Virus record (IMG/VR): IMGVR_UViG_3300028906_000005
Coordinates: 1 to 48,178 of that record
DNA from: a virus
Lineage: Duplodnaviria; Caudoviricetes
Direction: 5' to 3' (one strand)
Length of the DNA: 48,178 bases
The notes under the pieces were generated by a model that saw only the letters and a list, made by a program, of their open reading frames with translations, had not been told where the DNA came from and made no database searches. Position numbers and translations under genes: made by a program. Shown one piece after another: positions 1 to 8,234 of the stretch. Position 1 is the first letter of the stretch; every line of letters starts with the position of its first letter.

Positions 1-22
1 CCCCGCGCCCGCTCGGTGACGC

Positions 23-220
23 ATGAAGCTCGTCGAGATCCTAGCGCGCTGTGAAGCCGCCTTCGCTCAGCTCGCCCCCATGCGCGGTCAGCTCGAGCGG
101 GACTGCTCGGAGGACACCGCCTTGGCGCTCGGCCGCACACTCGGCGCACTCCACCAAGCCAAAGGGTTGGTCGAGCGCGATCTCAAGCTGCAGAAAGAGC
201 AGGAAGAGGCCGATGCCTGA
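23..220 (+). CDS. Hypothetical helical protein (65 aa)
   Basis: ATG coupled to the upstream gene on the circle; the second copy at 47558 differs almost only synonymously, supporting coding status. Confidence 0.8.
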   Translation: MKLVEILARCEAAFAQLAPMRGQLERDCSEDTALALGRTLGALHQAKGLVERDLKLQKEQEEADA

Positions 221-383
221 CGAACCGACCTTCGTCTGCCCTGACTGCGGCTACGACGTGTACGTGTACGGCTATTGGCCGCCCGAGCAAACCCGCTGCG
301 CCGTATGTCAGTGGCTCGCCGACCACGTCTCCGATCCGGCCGAGCGTGAGCGGCTGCGTGAATTTCTGGGGGAGAAAAAATGA
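213..383 (+). CDS. Small Zn-ribbon protein (56 aa)
   Basis: MPDEPTFVCPDC...CAVC, two CxxC motifs; overlapping start; conserved in the second copy. Confidence 0.75.
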   Translation: MPDEPTFVCPDCGYDVYVYGYWPPEQTRCAVCQWLADHVSDPAERERLREFLGEKK

Positions 384-604
384 CTGAAACCGAAGACTGG
401 CACGCCCAACGCCGACGTTACGAGGCGTTCAGCGCCACTGAATTGGGTGGGCTCTACCGCGCCTACGATCACGCGATGATCGACTATTGGCGGCACGATA
501 TGGACGAAGACCTCTCGCGCGTAAAGTTCGTGGCGTTGCAGGAACGATGTCGCGAAGCCACCAACGCCTTCGTCGCCAAGCTGATGGAGATCGCCGGTGT
601 CTAA
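380..604 (+). CDS. Accessory hypothetical protein (74 aa), absent from allele B
   Basis: ATGA coupling; missing in the end copy, where 47915 directly follows the Zn-ribbon gene. Confidence 0.75.
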   Translation: MTETEDWHAQRRRYEAFSATELGGLYRAYDHAMIDYWRHDMDEDLSRVKFVALQERCREATNAFVAKLMEIAGV

Positions 605-929
605 AGGTTTTACATATAAATCATATGTTTTCGTCGACAAAGATCCGATTATCGACGAGATCCGCACCGTCGTGCAGATGAGCGGCTTCTCCTACTTGAA
701 GATCGAGGAGCACTCCGGCGTCACCTCGCAGACGCTGCGCGCCTGGTTCCAAGGCAAGACCCGCAAACCTCAAGCCGCCACGCTCAACGCGGTGGCGCGG
801 GCGCTGGGCTACAAACTTGGTTTTGTCCCTTATGAGGCGGCCTCAGCCGTTCAACCCACGCCAGTGGCCATTTCTGAGCGATCCATGGGCCACATCGTCC
901 GCATGGCGAAGATCCGGCGGGCGAAATGA
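597..929 (+). CDS. XRE/Cro-like HTH DNA-binding protein
   Basis: IEEHSGVTSQTLRAWFQGKTRKPQAATLNAVARALG fits the XRE HTH pattern. Confidence 0.8.
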   Translation: MSKGFTYKSYVFVDKDPIIDEIRTVVQMSGFSYLKIEEHSGVTSQTLRAWFQGKTRKPQAATLNAVARALGYKLGFVPYEAASAVQPTPVAISERSMGHIVRMAKIRRAK

Positions 930-1180
930 AGCCGCTAACTTTCGGGGCGATTGTTTTTATCGCTGGCCTGGCGGCCGACGATCTGTATCGATTTCTAAGC
1001 TGGCGTTCGATCACCGTGTCTGTCCCGACGCCACCGCCTAGACCCAGCGAGTGGGACAAGGAAGTTCAGCTTTGCGACCGAGCCGTCGATGCGTTCTTGC
1101 ACACCAAGGACGCGCTCGAGCTCACGCGAGCGCAGATGATCATCCAGGCCGAGAACTGCGACATCGGAAAGCGCCTATGA
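926..1180 (+). CDS. Hypothetical protein with N-terminal hydrophobic segment
   Basis: ATGA coupling; hydrophobic N-terminus. Confidence 0.65.
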   Translation: MKPLTFGAIVFIAGLAADDLYRFLSWRSITVSVPTPPPRPSEWDKEVQLCDRAVDAFLHTKDALELTRAQMIIQAENCDIGKRL

Positions 1181-1293
1181 ACTGGTTCAGCCTCGCGCTC
1201 GTGATCATCACGCTCGTCTGCCTCTGTCTGCCCTGCCCTCCAGTCCGGGACTGGCTCGACGGCATGGACAAGGAACCGGGCGATGACTGTTAA
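1177..1293 (+). CDS. Small single-pass membrane protein (38 aa)
   Basis: MNWFSLALVIITLVCLCLPC; ATGA coupling. Confidence 0.55.
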   Translation: MNWFSLALVIITLVCLCLPCPPVRDWLDGMDKEPGDDC

Positions 1294-1696
1294 ATTCAAG
1301 ATCGGTTTCACCATCAACGGCGAGACGCTCTTTGGCTTGATGTCGAAGATGTTGCCGATTGAGAATCTCGAGGTCGAAGAGGTGATTGATTCGTCCGATC
1401 ATCTGGTGCTTAAGCCTGTGCCAGCAGGGGCGATGAAGATCCTCAACGCCGCCAAACACGAGCCTAAGCCCCAAATCCATAAGCGCGCCTCGCCAGGCCC
1501 GAACCTGGGAAAGGGCATCAACGGGATCATCGTGGCTGCGTTGTCGGACGGGCCTAAGCGCGCGGCCGACCTGCAGCCTAAGGCCGTAGCGGCGGGCTTC
1601 TCGGCCAATTCCGTCACGTCACGGCTGGAGGAACTGCGCAAATTTGGCGTGATCGAGCGCGTCGGCGATGGCAAGTGGAGGTTGAGGCATGGCTAG
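1283..1696 (+). CDS. Winged-helix DNA-binding protein
   Basis: C-terminal IVAALSDGPKRAADL...SVTSRLEELRKFGVIERVGDGKWRL; similar to 46298..46684. Confidence 0.7.
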   Translation: MTVKFKIGFTINGETLFGLMSKMLPIENLEVEEVIDSSDHLVLKPVPAGAMKILNAAKHEPKPQIHKRASPGPNLGKGINGIIVAALSDGPKRAADLQPKAVAAGFSANSVTSRLEELRKFGVIERVGDGKWRLRHG

Positions 1697-2186
1697 GATC
1701 TACACATTCGGCGATGCAAGGGCGCGGCCAGGCGATCCAGCAACTTCTCATATAGCGGCGAGCCGCATGCAGGGGAAACCAGCAGGGCGAGTAGAAAAGC
1801 GAGTTGTCTGTGTTTTGGCCCTAATGCCTGAAGGTAGCGGAACCTGGCATGAGATAGGCGAGGAATTAAAGAAGCGTGGCAAAGAGACAATTCTAGGGTC
1901 GATTAGCCCACGTTGGACTAATCTTAGAAAACTTGGGCTAATTGAATACCATTACGACACCAACGGTAATCCTATTACACGCATAAATCCTAAGAGCAAA
2001 AGCCCTCAAGAGGTTCAATACATTACGCAAAAGGGTAGAGACGTAATACCAGAATGGAAAAGGCAAGAAAAAGAATTGCAGGAAAAAATAAAACGAAGGG
2101 AGGAGGAGAAAAAGGCGAAGAAAGAACGGAAAATGAAGAGGGAACAGGCGAAAAAGCAGAAAGAGGAAAAAAATGAGCGCCCTTGA
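1689..2186 (+). CDS. Winged-helix-like protein with K/E-rich tail, AT-rich
   Basis: ARPGDPATSHIAA N-terminal motif common in phage wHTH proteins; SISPRWTNLRKLGLI. Confidence 0.6.
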   Translation: MARIYTFGDARARPGDPATSHIAASRMQGKPAGRVEKRVVCVLALMPEGSGTWHEIGEELKKRGKETILGSISPRWTNLRKLGLIEYHYDTNGNPITRINPKSKSPQEVQYITQKGRDVIPEWKRQEKELQEKIKRREEEKKAKKERKMKREQAKKQKEEKNERP

Positions 2187-3573
2187 CCCGGTTCAGATCG
2201 CCGCCCTCGACTTCGCCCGCGACAAGCGGGGCGTCGGCTGGTTCCTCGAGCAGGGGCTCGGCAAGACCCTCTGCGCACTGGCTGAGTTCTCTTGGTACCA
2301 GAACCTCGGCGACGCCGACCGGATGATCGTGATCTGCCCCAACAGCTTCAAAAAGGGGTGGACCGACGAAATCGAGAAACACGGTTTCGCCTTCGCCGAG
2401 CACATTTTCCAATCGTCGAAAAAGGACAAGGCCGGAGTGTTCGTGAACACTCATCACAACAAGCCGCCGGTGTTCATCATCAATTACGAAGCGGCGCGCA
2501 TGGCGCCGGTGCTCAAGGCTTTGTGCCTATGGGCGGTCCAAGGCAAGACCTATCTGGCCATCGACGAGAGTATCCAGATCAAGGGCAAGACTCAGCAGAC
2601 CAAAGCGGTCAATCGACTGGCAGAGATGTGTAAATTTGTTCGTCTCTTGACCGGAAGGCCACAAACGCAAGGCCCGAACGACCTATGGGGCCAATTGCAT
2701 GCGATCGGCTTGTTTGCCGACATGAATTACTTCGCCTTCCGAAACACGTTCTGTCAGATGGGCGGGTGGCAACTCAAGCAGGTGGTTGGGGTCAAGAACG
2801 AGCAATATCTGGCTAGAGTTATGGCTCCGGTGGTGTTCCAGGCGAAGAAGAAAGACTGGCTCCCCGATCTGCCGCGCAAGGATTTCACCATCCGCGACTA
2901 TGTCATGTCGACCGAGCAGTTGCGGCAATATGCTCAGATGGAGCACCAGTTCTTACTCGAGATCGAGAGCGGCGTCATCACGGTGGAAGTCGCTGTGGCT
3001 AAGTACGCTAAACTGGCTCAGATCATGTGTGGTTTTATATACGACGACGCCCGAATCACACATGAGTTGGTAGCCCCGGGTGAAAATCCTCGTCTCAATC
3101 TCCTCAAACAACTTCTCGAGGAGGAGGTCGATGGCAAGTGCTGCGTCGTCTACCGGCACCGGGCCATGCTCGACGTTCTGATTAAGGCTTTAGTCCAGTA
3201 CGACCCGGCCTGGATCAAGGGCCAAATGAAGCCCGACGAGGTCGAGGAGCAGAAGGCGCGCTTCAACGAAGATCCCTCTTGCCGAATCCTTCTCCTGCAA
3301 TGCGATGCGAGCAAATATGGACACACGCTTTTGGGTGGGCCTGGTCCTGATGACAAGTGCCGGACAATGGTTTTCTTCGAGAATAGTTACAGCGCCGACA
3401 CTAGAGACCAGATCGAAGACCGTATCCACCGGCGTGGTCAAACTGGAGAATATGTACTCTATATCGACCTCTCAGGGTCTGACCTCGATCGGCGAATTGT
3501 CAAGGCGCTGCAGCGCAAAGACGCGCTCTACCGATCTGTCTTTAAGAACTTGAAAGTGGCGGAACCGGCGTGA
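2173..3573 (+). CDS. SNF2-family DNA helicase/ATPase
   Basis: EQGLGKT (motif I), IDES (II), LTGRP (III), QIEDRIHRRGQ (VI). Confidence 0.92.
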   Translation: MSALDPVQIAALDFARDKRGVGWFLEQGLGKTLCALAEFSWYQNLGDADRMIVICPNSFKKGWTDEIEKHGFAFAEHIFQSSKKDKAGVFVNTHHNKPPVFIINYEAARMAPVLKALCLWAVQGKTYLAIDESIQIKGKTQQTKAVNRLAEMCKFVRLLTGRPQTQGPNDLWGQLHAIGLFADMNYFAFRNTFCQMGGWQLKQVVGVKNEQYLARVMAPVVFQAKKKDWLPDLPRKDFTIRDYVMSTEQLRQYAQMEHQFLLEIESGVITVEVAVAKYAKLAQIMCGFIYDDARITHELVAPGENPRLNLLKQLLEEEVDGKCCVVYRHRAMLDVLIKALVQYDPAWIKGQMKPDEVEEQKARFNEDPSCRILLLQCDASKYGHTLLGGPGPDDKCRTMVFFENSYSADTRDQIEDRIHRRGQTGEYVLYIDLSGSDLDRRIVKALQRKDALYRSVFKNLKVAEPA

Positions 3574-3893
3574 TCGAGTCCTATCACACCCCCGAGGCCT
3601 CCTGCGCCAATTGCGGCGAACAGCTTGACGTCGCTGACTCAGTCACCGGCGGCAGAGCCCCGGAGCCAGGTGACATTTCGGTGTGTTTCTATTGTCACCA
3701 CGTCATGATCTACGACCAGAAAGGGAAACCACGAAATCCAACCGACGAAGAAATTGTGGAAATGGCTGGCGACCCCGAGCTCGTCCATGCGATGACGATG
3801 CTAGGCAAATTCAAACAATGGGAAGAGGGACGTAAAAATGCACAAGCTAATCTTGACAACCGCGCTGCTCGCCGGGCTAGCAAGCCCCGCTAA
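3570..3893 (+). CDS. Zn-finger hypothetical protein
   Basis: CANC and CFYC motifs; GTGA coupling. Confidence 0.65.
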   Translation: MIESYHTPEASCANCGEQLDVADSVTGGRAPEPGDISVCFYCHHVMIYDQKGKPRNPTDEEIVEMAGDPELVHAMTMLGKFKQWEEGRKNAQANLDNRAARRASKPR

Positions 3894-4476
3894 GGCGACG
3901 CTGCAGATCGAAGTGTTCGACAACGGGACGCTGATCGATAACGTGACCGGCATCACCACCGGCGCCGCTTCGCTCACCGCCAATGACGCCAACTTCGCCA
4001 ACATCACCATCAATGCGCAGGGGAGCCCGATCCTGCCCAACGCCGATCTCTCGAGCGTCACGCTCGACGCCACGGCGTCGGCGACTTTCAGTGGCGCGCA
4101 CGAGCTGACCATCGACGTGCTGCAAAGCGCCATCGACGGACGTGGAAATACGCTCTCGACCTTCACTGTCAACGGCTTGACCAACGATCCTGGCCCAACC
4201 ACCGAGACCACCTTCGCCGATGGCGGGGTACTAGCTTCGCACACCTTCCCGGCGGCGTTGCTCGACGGCTCCTTTGGTCCGGTTTCGACGGCGACCGGCC
4301 TATTCAGTTCGGACGAGACGCAGTTCGCGGTCGACTTCACCGCGCCGCGGCAATCGTTCGGCGGCTCGATCCAATTGACCACCGGCGTGCCTGAGCCTTC
4401 CACTTGGGCCTTATTGGCGCTAGGCTTCGGCATCCTGGGATTGATGGGCTTTCGAAGAAGGAATGCGCTGGTCTGA
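3838..4476 (+). CDS. PEP-CTERM (PEPxxWA-type) sorting-domain surface protein
   Basis: Signal peptide MHKLILTTALLAGLASPAKA; T/S/N/D-rich body; C-terminal VPEPSTWA + transmembrane helix + RRR. Confidence 0.9.
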   Translation: MHKLILTTALLAGLASPAKATLQIEVFDNGTLIDNVTGITTGAASLTANDANFANITINAQGSPILPNADLSSVTLDATASATFSGAHELTIDVLQSAIDGRGNTLSTFTVNGLTNDPGPTTETTFADGGVLASHTFPAALLDGSFGPVSTATGLFSSDETQFAVDFTAPRQSFGGSIQLTTGVPEPSTWALLALGFGILGLMGFRRRNALV

Positions 4477-4489
4477 GGCGAGTTAAAAC

Positions 4490-4629
4490 CCCCTATGCTC
4501 GCCAGAGGCTTCCCTGCTTTTTGGCCCCCGCCACTTCAGGGACCGTGTCAGGCGAGCGTTAGGGAGGGGAGGATCTCCAGACCGCAAACCCGGTCCTCCC
4601 CTCCCGCTCTATTCACAAAGGAAATGCCA
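4490..4629 (+). promoter_or_regulatory. Structured leader: two hairpins followed by GAAATGCCA
   Basis: Pairings CTCGCC/GGCGAG, TCCCTG/CAGGGA and GGGAGGGGAGGA (4562-4573)/TCCTCCCCTCCC (4594-4605). Confidence 0.5.
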
Positions 4630-4631
4630 AA

Positions 4632-4778
4632 ATGCTCTTTATCGCTTCGTACTTTGCCCTATTGTTCCTGTTTAGCTTGGTGTTTTTCCCACCCATGGCG
4701 CTGGCGATGTTGTTCGTCGCCGTCCTATGGGGCGGGATTATGTTGGTGAATCCAAACTGGATCCGCGACCTAGATTAA
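4632..4778 (+). CDS. Small hydrophobic membrane protein (48 aa), not in ORF track
   Basis: MLFIASYFALLFLFSLVFFPPMALAMLFVAVLWGGIMLVNPNWIRDLD; AAGGA upstream; stop overlaps the convergent gene. Confidence 0.7.
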   Translation: MLFIASYFALLFLFSLVFFPPMALAMLFVAVLWGGIMLVNPNWIRDLD

Positions 4779-6172
4779 TAGGCGCTGCCCAGCGTCAGGT
4801 TCTTGATTAGGTCACCGACCTGCGGGCCCTCTTGCGCGCCCGTGAGTTGCTGTCCAGTCAATTGGGGGTAGGCCTGCTGAAGAGCCTTTCCTACAGCGTT
4901 CTGCTTGGCTCCCTTAAAGGCGCTCTTGATCGCTGGTTTAATTCCTAGATAGGCGAGCGCCTCCATTCCGAGGTGACCAGGGAAACCAAACATCATCCCG
5001 CCCAGGTCACCAGCCGCGCTCGCCGCTAGATGACCCAACGTCCAGCTGGGATCTTGTTGACTCTGATTTTTCTTGTATAAATCAACCAGGGTCTTGTAGT
5101 TCTGAACGGCATCCGGCCCCTGGTAATATTTCTCGGCCTCGGTCAGCGGCGCTTGGCCAATCGGAGCCCCGGCTGCATTCATCCGCTGCCACTCGGCCAG
5201 GTTCTGCGCCATCATGTACTGCTGATGCGCGGTCTGAGCCTGCTGCAGCGTCTGCGCCGCCTCGCCCGGCGCGTGATCGGTGATCGGGTTGGCGTTGGTG
5301 AGCAGATCGGAGAGGTTGCTGGCGGTCTGGCCCGCGAGCAGCTTGTCGCCGTTGCTGGCGCTCGGCGAGCCGCTGACCGACTTTAGATTGGTCATGTAAT
5401 CGGCGATGTCGTTGGCGGTGTTGCCGCCGCTCTGGATCGCATCCCGCTGCTTGCCGAGCATGCTCTGCATGCCGGAGGTGACGTCAGCCCCCATGCCGGG
5501 CGTGAGCGTCGTCGCAGTGTGAGCGTTGAGGACGTCGCTAGGGTTGAAGGCGATATCCTTGAGCGGCGCATAAGCCTCGTCGCGCGCCGCCTTGGTGGCG
5601 GCGATCGCCGCCTGCGGGTCGATGCCGCCAGGCTTCGCGCCCCATTTCGCCACGCCCTTGCCGATGCCGCCCGCTGCGCCGCCCAACACCCCGCCAGTGA
5701 CCGCGCCCGCAGCGGTCGAACTCGGATCGAAATTGCTGCCAAAGCCCGAGCTCAATCCCCCCGCGGCGATGCCTTCAGCCACGCCCGCAGCGATGGGACC
5801 GCCGGTCACCGCCGCGGCCGCTGGACCGAGAAGCTTGCCGGGGCCGACGGCGTAAGCGCCGATCTCAGCCGGATAACGAATCTCCGCAGGCACACTCTGC
5901 CGCGCCGCCTCGGTCTGCGCTTGCTGGGTCGCCAGCGAAGGCATGCCAGGAACATGGGAATAGGCCCAGTCCGCCCCGCCGAGCGTGAGCGCGTTCTCGA
6001 GCGTCCTACCGATCCCGCTCATCTTGGACGAAGCGTCGGTCTGCGCGGGCGCGGCGGTTGCGCCGGAGGGACCGCCGAACTTCGCCTGCAGCGCCGAGGT
6101 CATGGCGCTGGTCGGCGTGCCGTCAGGAAACTGCGCCGTCCCGCCATCCGGTGTGTTGACGGTGATGGTCAT
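4775..6172 (-). CDS. Putative DNA ejection / internal virion protein
   Basis: Last gene of late operon; Ala/Gly-rich; N-terminal TPDG..AQFPDGTP motif. Confidence 0.7.
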   Translation of the reverse strand: MTITVNTPDGGTAQFPDGTPTSAMTSALQAKFGGPSGATAAPAQTDASSKMSGIGRTLENALTLGGADWAYSHVPGMPSLATQQAQTEAARQSVPAEIRYPAEIGAYAVGPGKLLGPAAAAVTGGPIAAGVAEGIAAGGLSSGFGSNFDPSSTAAGAVTGGVLGGAAGGIGKGVAKWGAKPGGIDPQAAIAATKAARDEAYAPLKDIAFNPSDVLNAHTATTLTPGMGADVTSGMQSMLGKQRDAIQSGGNTANDIADYMTNLKSVSGSPSASNGDKLLAGQTASNLSDLLTNANPITDHAPGEAAQTLQQAQTAHQQYMMAQNLAEWQRMNAAGAPIGQAPLTEAEKYYQGPDAVQNYKTLVDLYKKNQSQQDPSWTLGHLAASAAGDLGGMMFGFPGHLGMEALAYLGIKPAIKSAFKGAKQNAVGKALQQAYPQLTGQQLTGAQEGPQVGDLIKNLTLGSAY

Positions 6173-7611
6173 TCAAGCTGACCCGTCTTCGGATTGTAGG
6201 TGTAAATTTTCCCTGCTCCTCCACCTCCGGAGCTCCCACCGCCTCCAGCAACCTGTGTTTTCGGCGGATTGCTCGCCCACTGGCCGCCGCTGCCCGCGTA
6301 GAGACCGCCGTTGGGCAGATAAGTCGAATCCACCATCGGTTTGGGATTGTTGGGATCGCTGGTGTCCCATCTCATGCTGTCGGGGATCTCGTCCACCCGT
6401 CCCGCCGCGCCGTAGGTGTTGGCGATGCTTTTGTGCAAGGTGTTTTGGAAGGTTCCGAACTGCTTCATGTAGGCGTCGTAGCCCTGATTGAAATTCATCA
6501 ACGGGCTGAGGCCTTCCTGAACATTCTTGATTTCCGTCCCGGTGCGCTTCGAGCCCGCCGCGGTGAAAATATCACCATAGACCTGGCCTTTGAGTTGTTT
6601 AATATTCTGTAGCACCTGTTGCTCTTGCGGACTCAATTGGCCTTGCGCCAGTAACCCTTTGGCGGTTCCCCACGCGCCGGGATCGTCCACCATCAGTTCT
6701 TTGGCGGCCGCGATTTTCCGGTCGCTGTTCAAGATGCTTTGCAGCGCGGGCGTGCCATCGGCGTTTTGGGTTGAAGAGATCGAACTTGCCAGCTTGTCCA
6801 TATCGCCCATCTGAGCGAGCGCAGTCGGCGCTTTCTGCTGCGCCTCCTGCAAGTCCTTCTGCTTGGTGAGCGCGCCCTCCTTGGAGATGTCGATATTGGC
6901 TGCGCCTTGCGCCTGGATGTATTTCGCTTTGGCGTCTGGCGGCAGCGCGGACCAAGTGTTGGCGTCCAAGCCTTGAGGCGCAGGCACGGCTTGCATCCGC
7001 GCCATGCTCTGCAGCTGGATCAGGTTGTTCAATTGCGCGCCGGGATCTTGGCCTTGGCGTTGCGAGCCCATGATCGCGCTCGCCATCGAAGGGGTCGAAT
7101 AGGCGGCCGCGATCATGTCGAGGCCGTGGTCGATCTCATTGGCCGAGCGGTTGCGCTGCTCCATCTGCATGTACAGCTGAGCCAGATCGGGCGGGGATTG
7201 GGTCGCCGCGGTCGGCGGCAGGCTCGCCTGGCCGGGCGGCGGCGCGGGCGGGGCGCTCGGAGCTCCCGACCCAAGAGGCCCGCCAGCAGCCATTTGCGGC
7301 CCGCCTAGAGGCGGACTCATCTGAGCGCCTCTCTGTTCGCCCGGTGTGGCGGGGCTTATCTGACCCGGCAAGGGGGCGCCGCCGCTGGTGGCGGGACCCG
7401 GCACCCAGTGCGGCGAATGCGCCGCGTCGTTGAGGATTTCGAAATGCCCCGGCGGACCACCGCTGCTGGCGGGCGCGGGACTCATTGGCGGCGCTGCAGG
7501 CCGCGGCGGCGCGTTCGGATTGGGGTTGGGCGCGGGCTGCGGATTCATGCCTTGAGCCATCTGGCTCATCGGATTGCCGTAGAGGAGGTTGAGGAGCTCG
7601 GCCCCGATCAT
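6169..7611 (-). CDS. Putative ejection / internal virion protein
   Basis: Position; Pro-rich N-terminus; C-terminal YTYNPKTGQLE. Confidence 0.65.
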   Translation of the reverse strand: MIGAELLNLLYGNPMSQMAQGMNPQPAPNPNPNAPPRPAAPPMSPAPASSGGPPGHFEILNDAAHSPHWVPGPATSGGAPLPGQISPATPGEQRGAQMSPPLGGPQMAAGGPLGSGAPSAPPAPPPGQASLPPTAATQSPPDLAQLYMQMEQRNRSANEIDHGLDMIAAAYSTPSMASAIMGSQRQGQDPGAQLNNLIQLQSMARMQAVPAPQGLDANTWSALPPDAKAKYIQAQGAANIDISKEGALTKQKDLQEAQQKAPTALAQMGDMDKLASSISSTQNADGTPALQSILNSDRKIAAAKELMVDDPGAWGTAKGLLAQGQLSPQEQQVLQNIKQLKGQVYGDIFTAAGSKRTGTEIKNVQEGLSPLMNFNQGYDAYMKQFGTFQNTLHKSIANTYGAAGRVDEIPDSMRWDTSDPNNPKPMVDSTYLPNGGLYAGSGGQWASNPPKTQVAGGGGSSGGGGAGKIYTYNPKTGQLE

Positions 7612-8234
7612 GACGCGGTTGCTCCTCCCTTAGCCGCTTGAAGCTGGTTCAGCGTGTTGAAGAACGTGGTGTTGCCGTAGCCGCCGGGGATCTGCGAGCC
7701 GCCCTGCGGATGGGCGGCGAGAAAAGCCGACAGCACCGAAGGCTGCGGCGCTCCGGTCTGGGAAGCGCCGGGCTGCATCTGCGCCCCATAAGTCGGCGGC
7801 GGGCCAGGATTGGCGAGCGCCTGCAAATAAGCCTGACGCGCATTGGCGGCGCTGCTCGGCGCGGCCGCCTGGGGCACAGGGTTGGTCGCTTGTGCGCCCG
7901 GCGTGAAGGCGGGATCCGTCCCGCCGAAGGCTGGACCGGGCCCGCTGCCGCCCGGGTTCATCCCGTAAAATAGACTGTTGACCGGGCTTGGCGTCGGCGC
8001 GGCGGGCGCGGCGGGACCGCTGTTCAACGTGGTGCCGGGCGTTCCGGCGTTGAGTTGATTAAGGATCGACTGATAGCTCGAGATTGGCTGGCCGGTGGCG
8101 GCGTTGGACGGCGCTCCGGCATAACCAGCCATCGGGATCTGGCCGGTGAATTCGAGATAGGGATTCGGCCCGGTGAGCCCCTGCAGGCCGAGCATGTTCT
8201 GATAGTCGGCAAGCGGGTCGTCGCCACTAGCCAT
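7608..8234 (-). CDS. Pro/Gly/Ala-rich virion protein
   Basis: Coupled gene in ejection cluster. Confidence 0.6.
   Translation of the reverse strand: MASGDDPLADYQNMLGLQGLTGPNPYLEFTGQIPMAGYAGAPSNAATGQPISSYQSILNQLNAGTPGTTLNSGPAAPAAPTPSPVNSLFYGMNPGGSGPGPAFGGTDPAFTPGAQATNPVPQAAAPSSAANARQAYLQALANPGPPPTYGAQMQPGASQTGAPQPSVLSAFLAAHPQGGSQIPGGYGNTTFFNTLNQLQAAKGGATAS

Larger units (their letters stand above)
1..857 (+). repeat. Left copy of terminal overlap (allele A, with extra gene 380..604)
   Basis: 1..383 aligns to 47536..47918 with scattered substitutions; 759..857 is identical to 48080..48178 (99 nt). Confidence 0.95.

Noticed and set aside
1-857. Terminal overlap as a physical direct terminal repeat
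   Set aside because: The copies differ by many substitutions and one gene, and the exact match is 99 nt, which is more consistent with an assembly overlap of strain variants.
2055-2175. Polypurine tract as a regulatory element
   Set aside because: Explained by Lys/Glu/Arg codons in the tail of gene 1689..2186.
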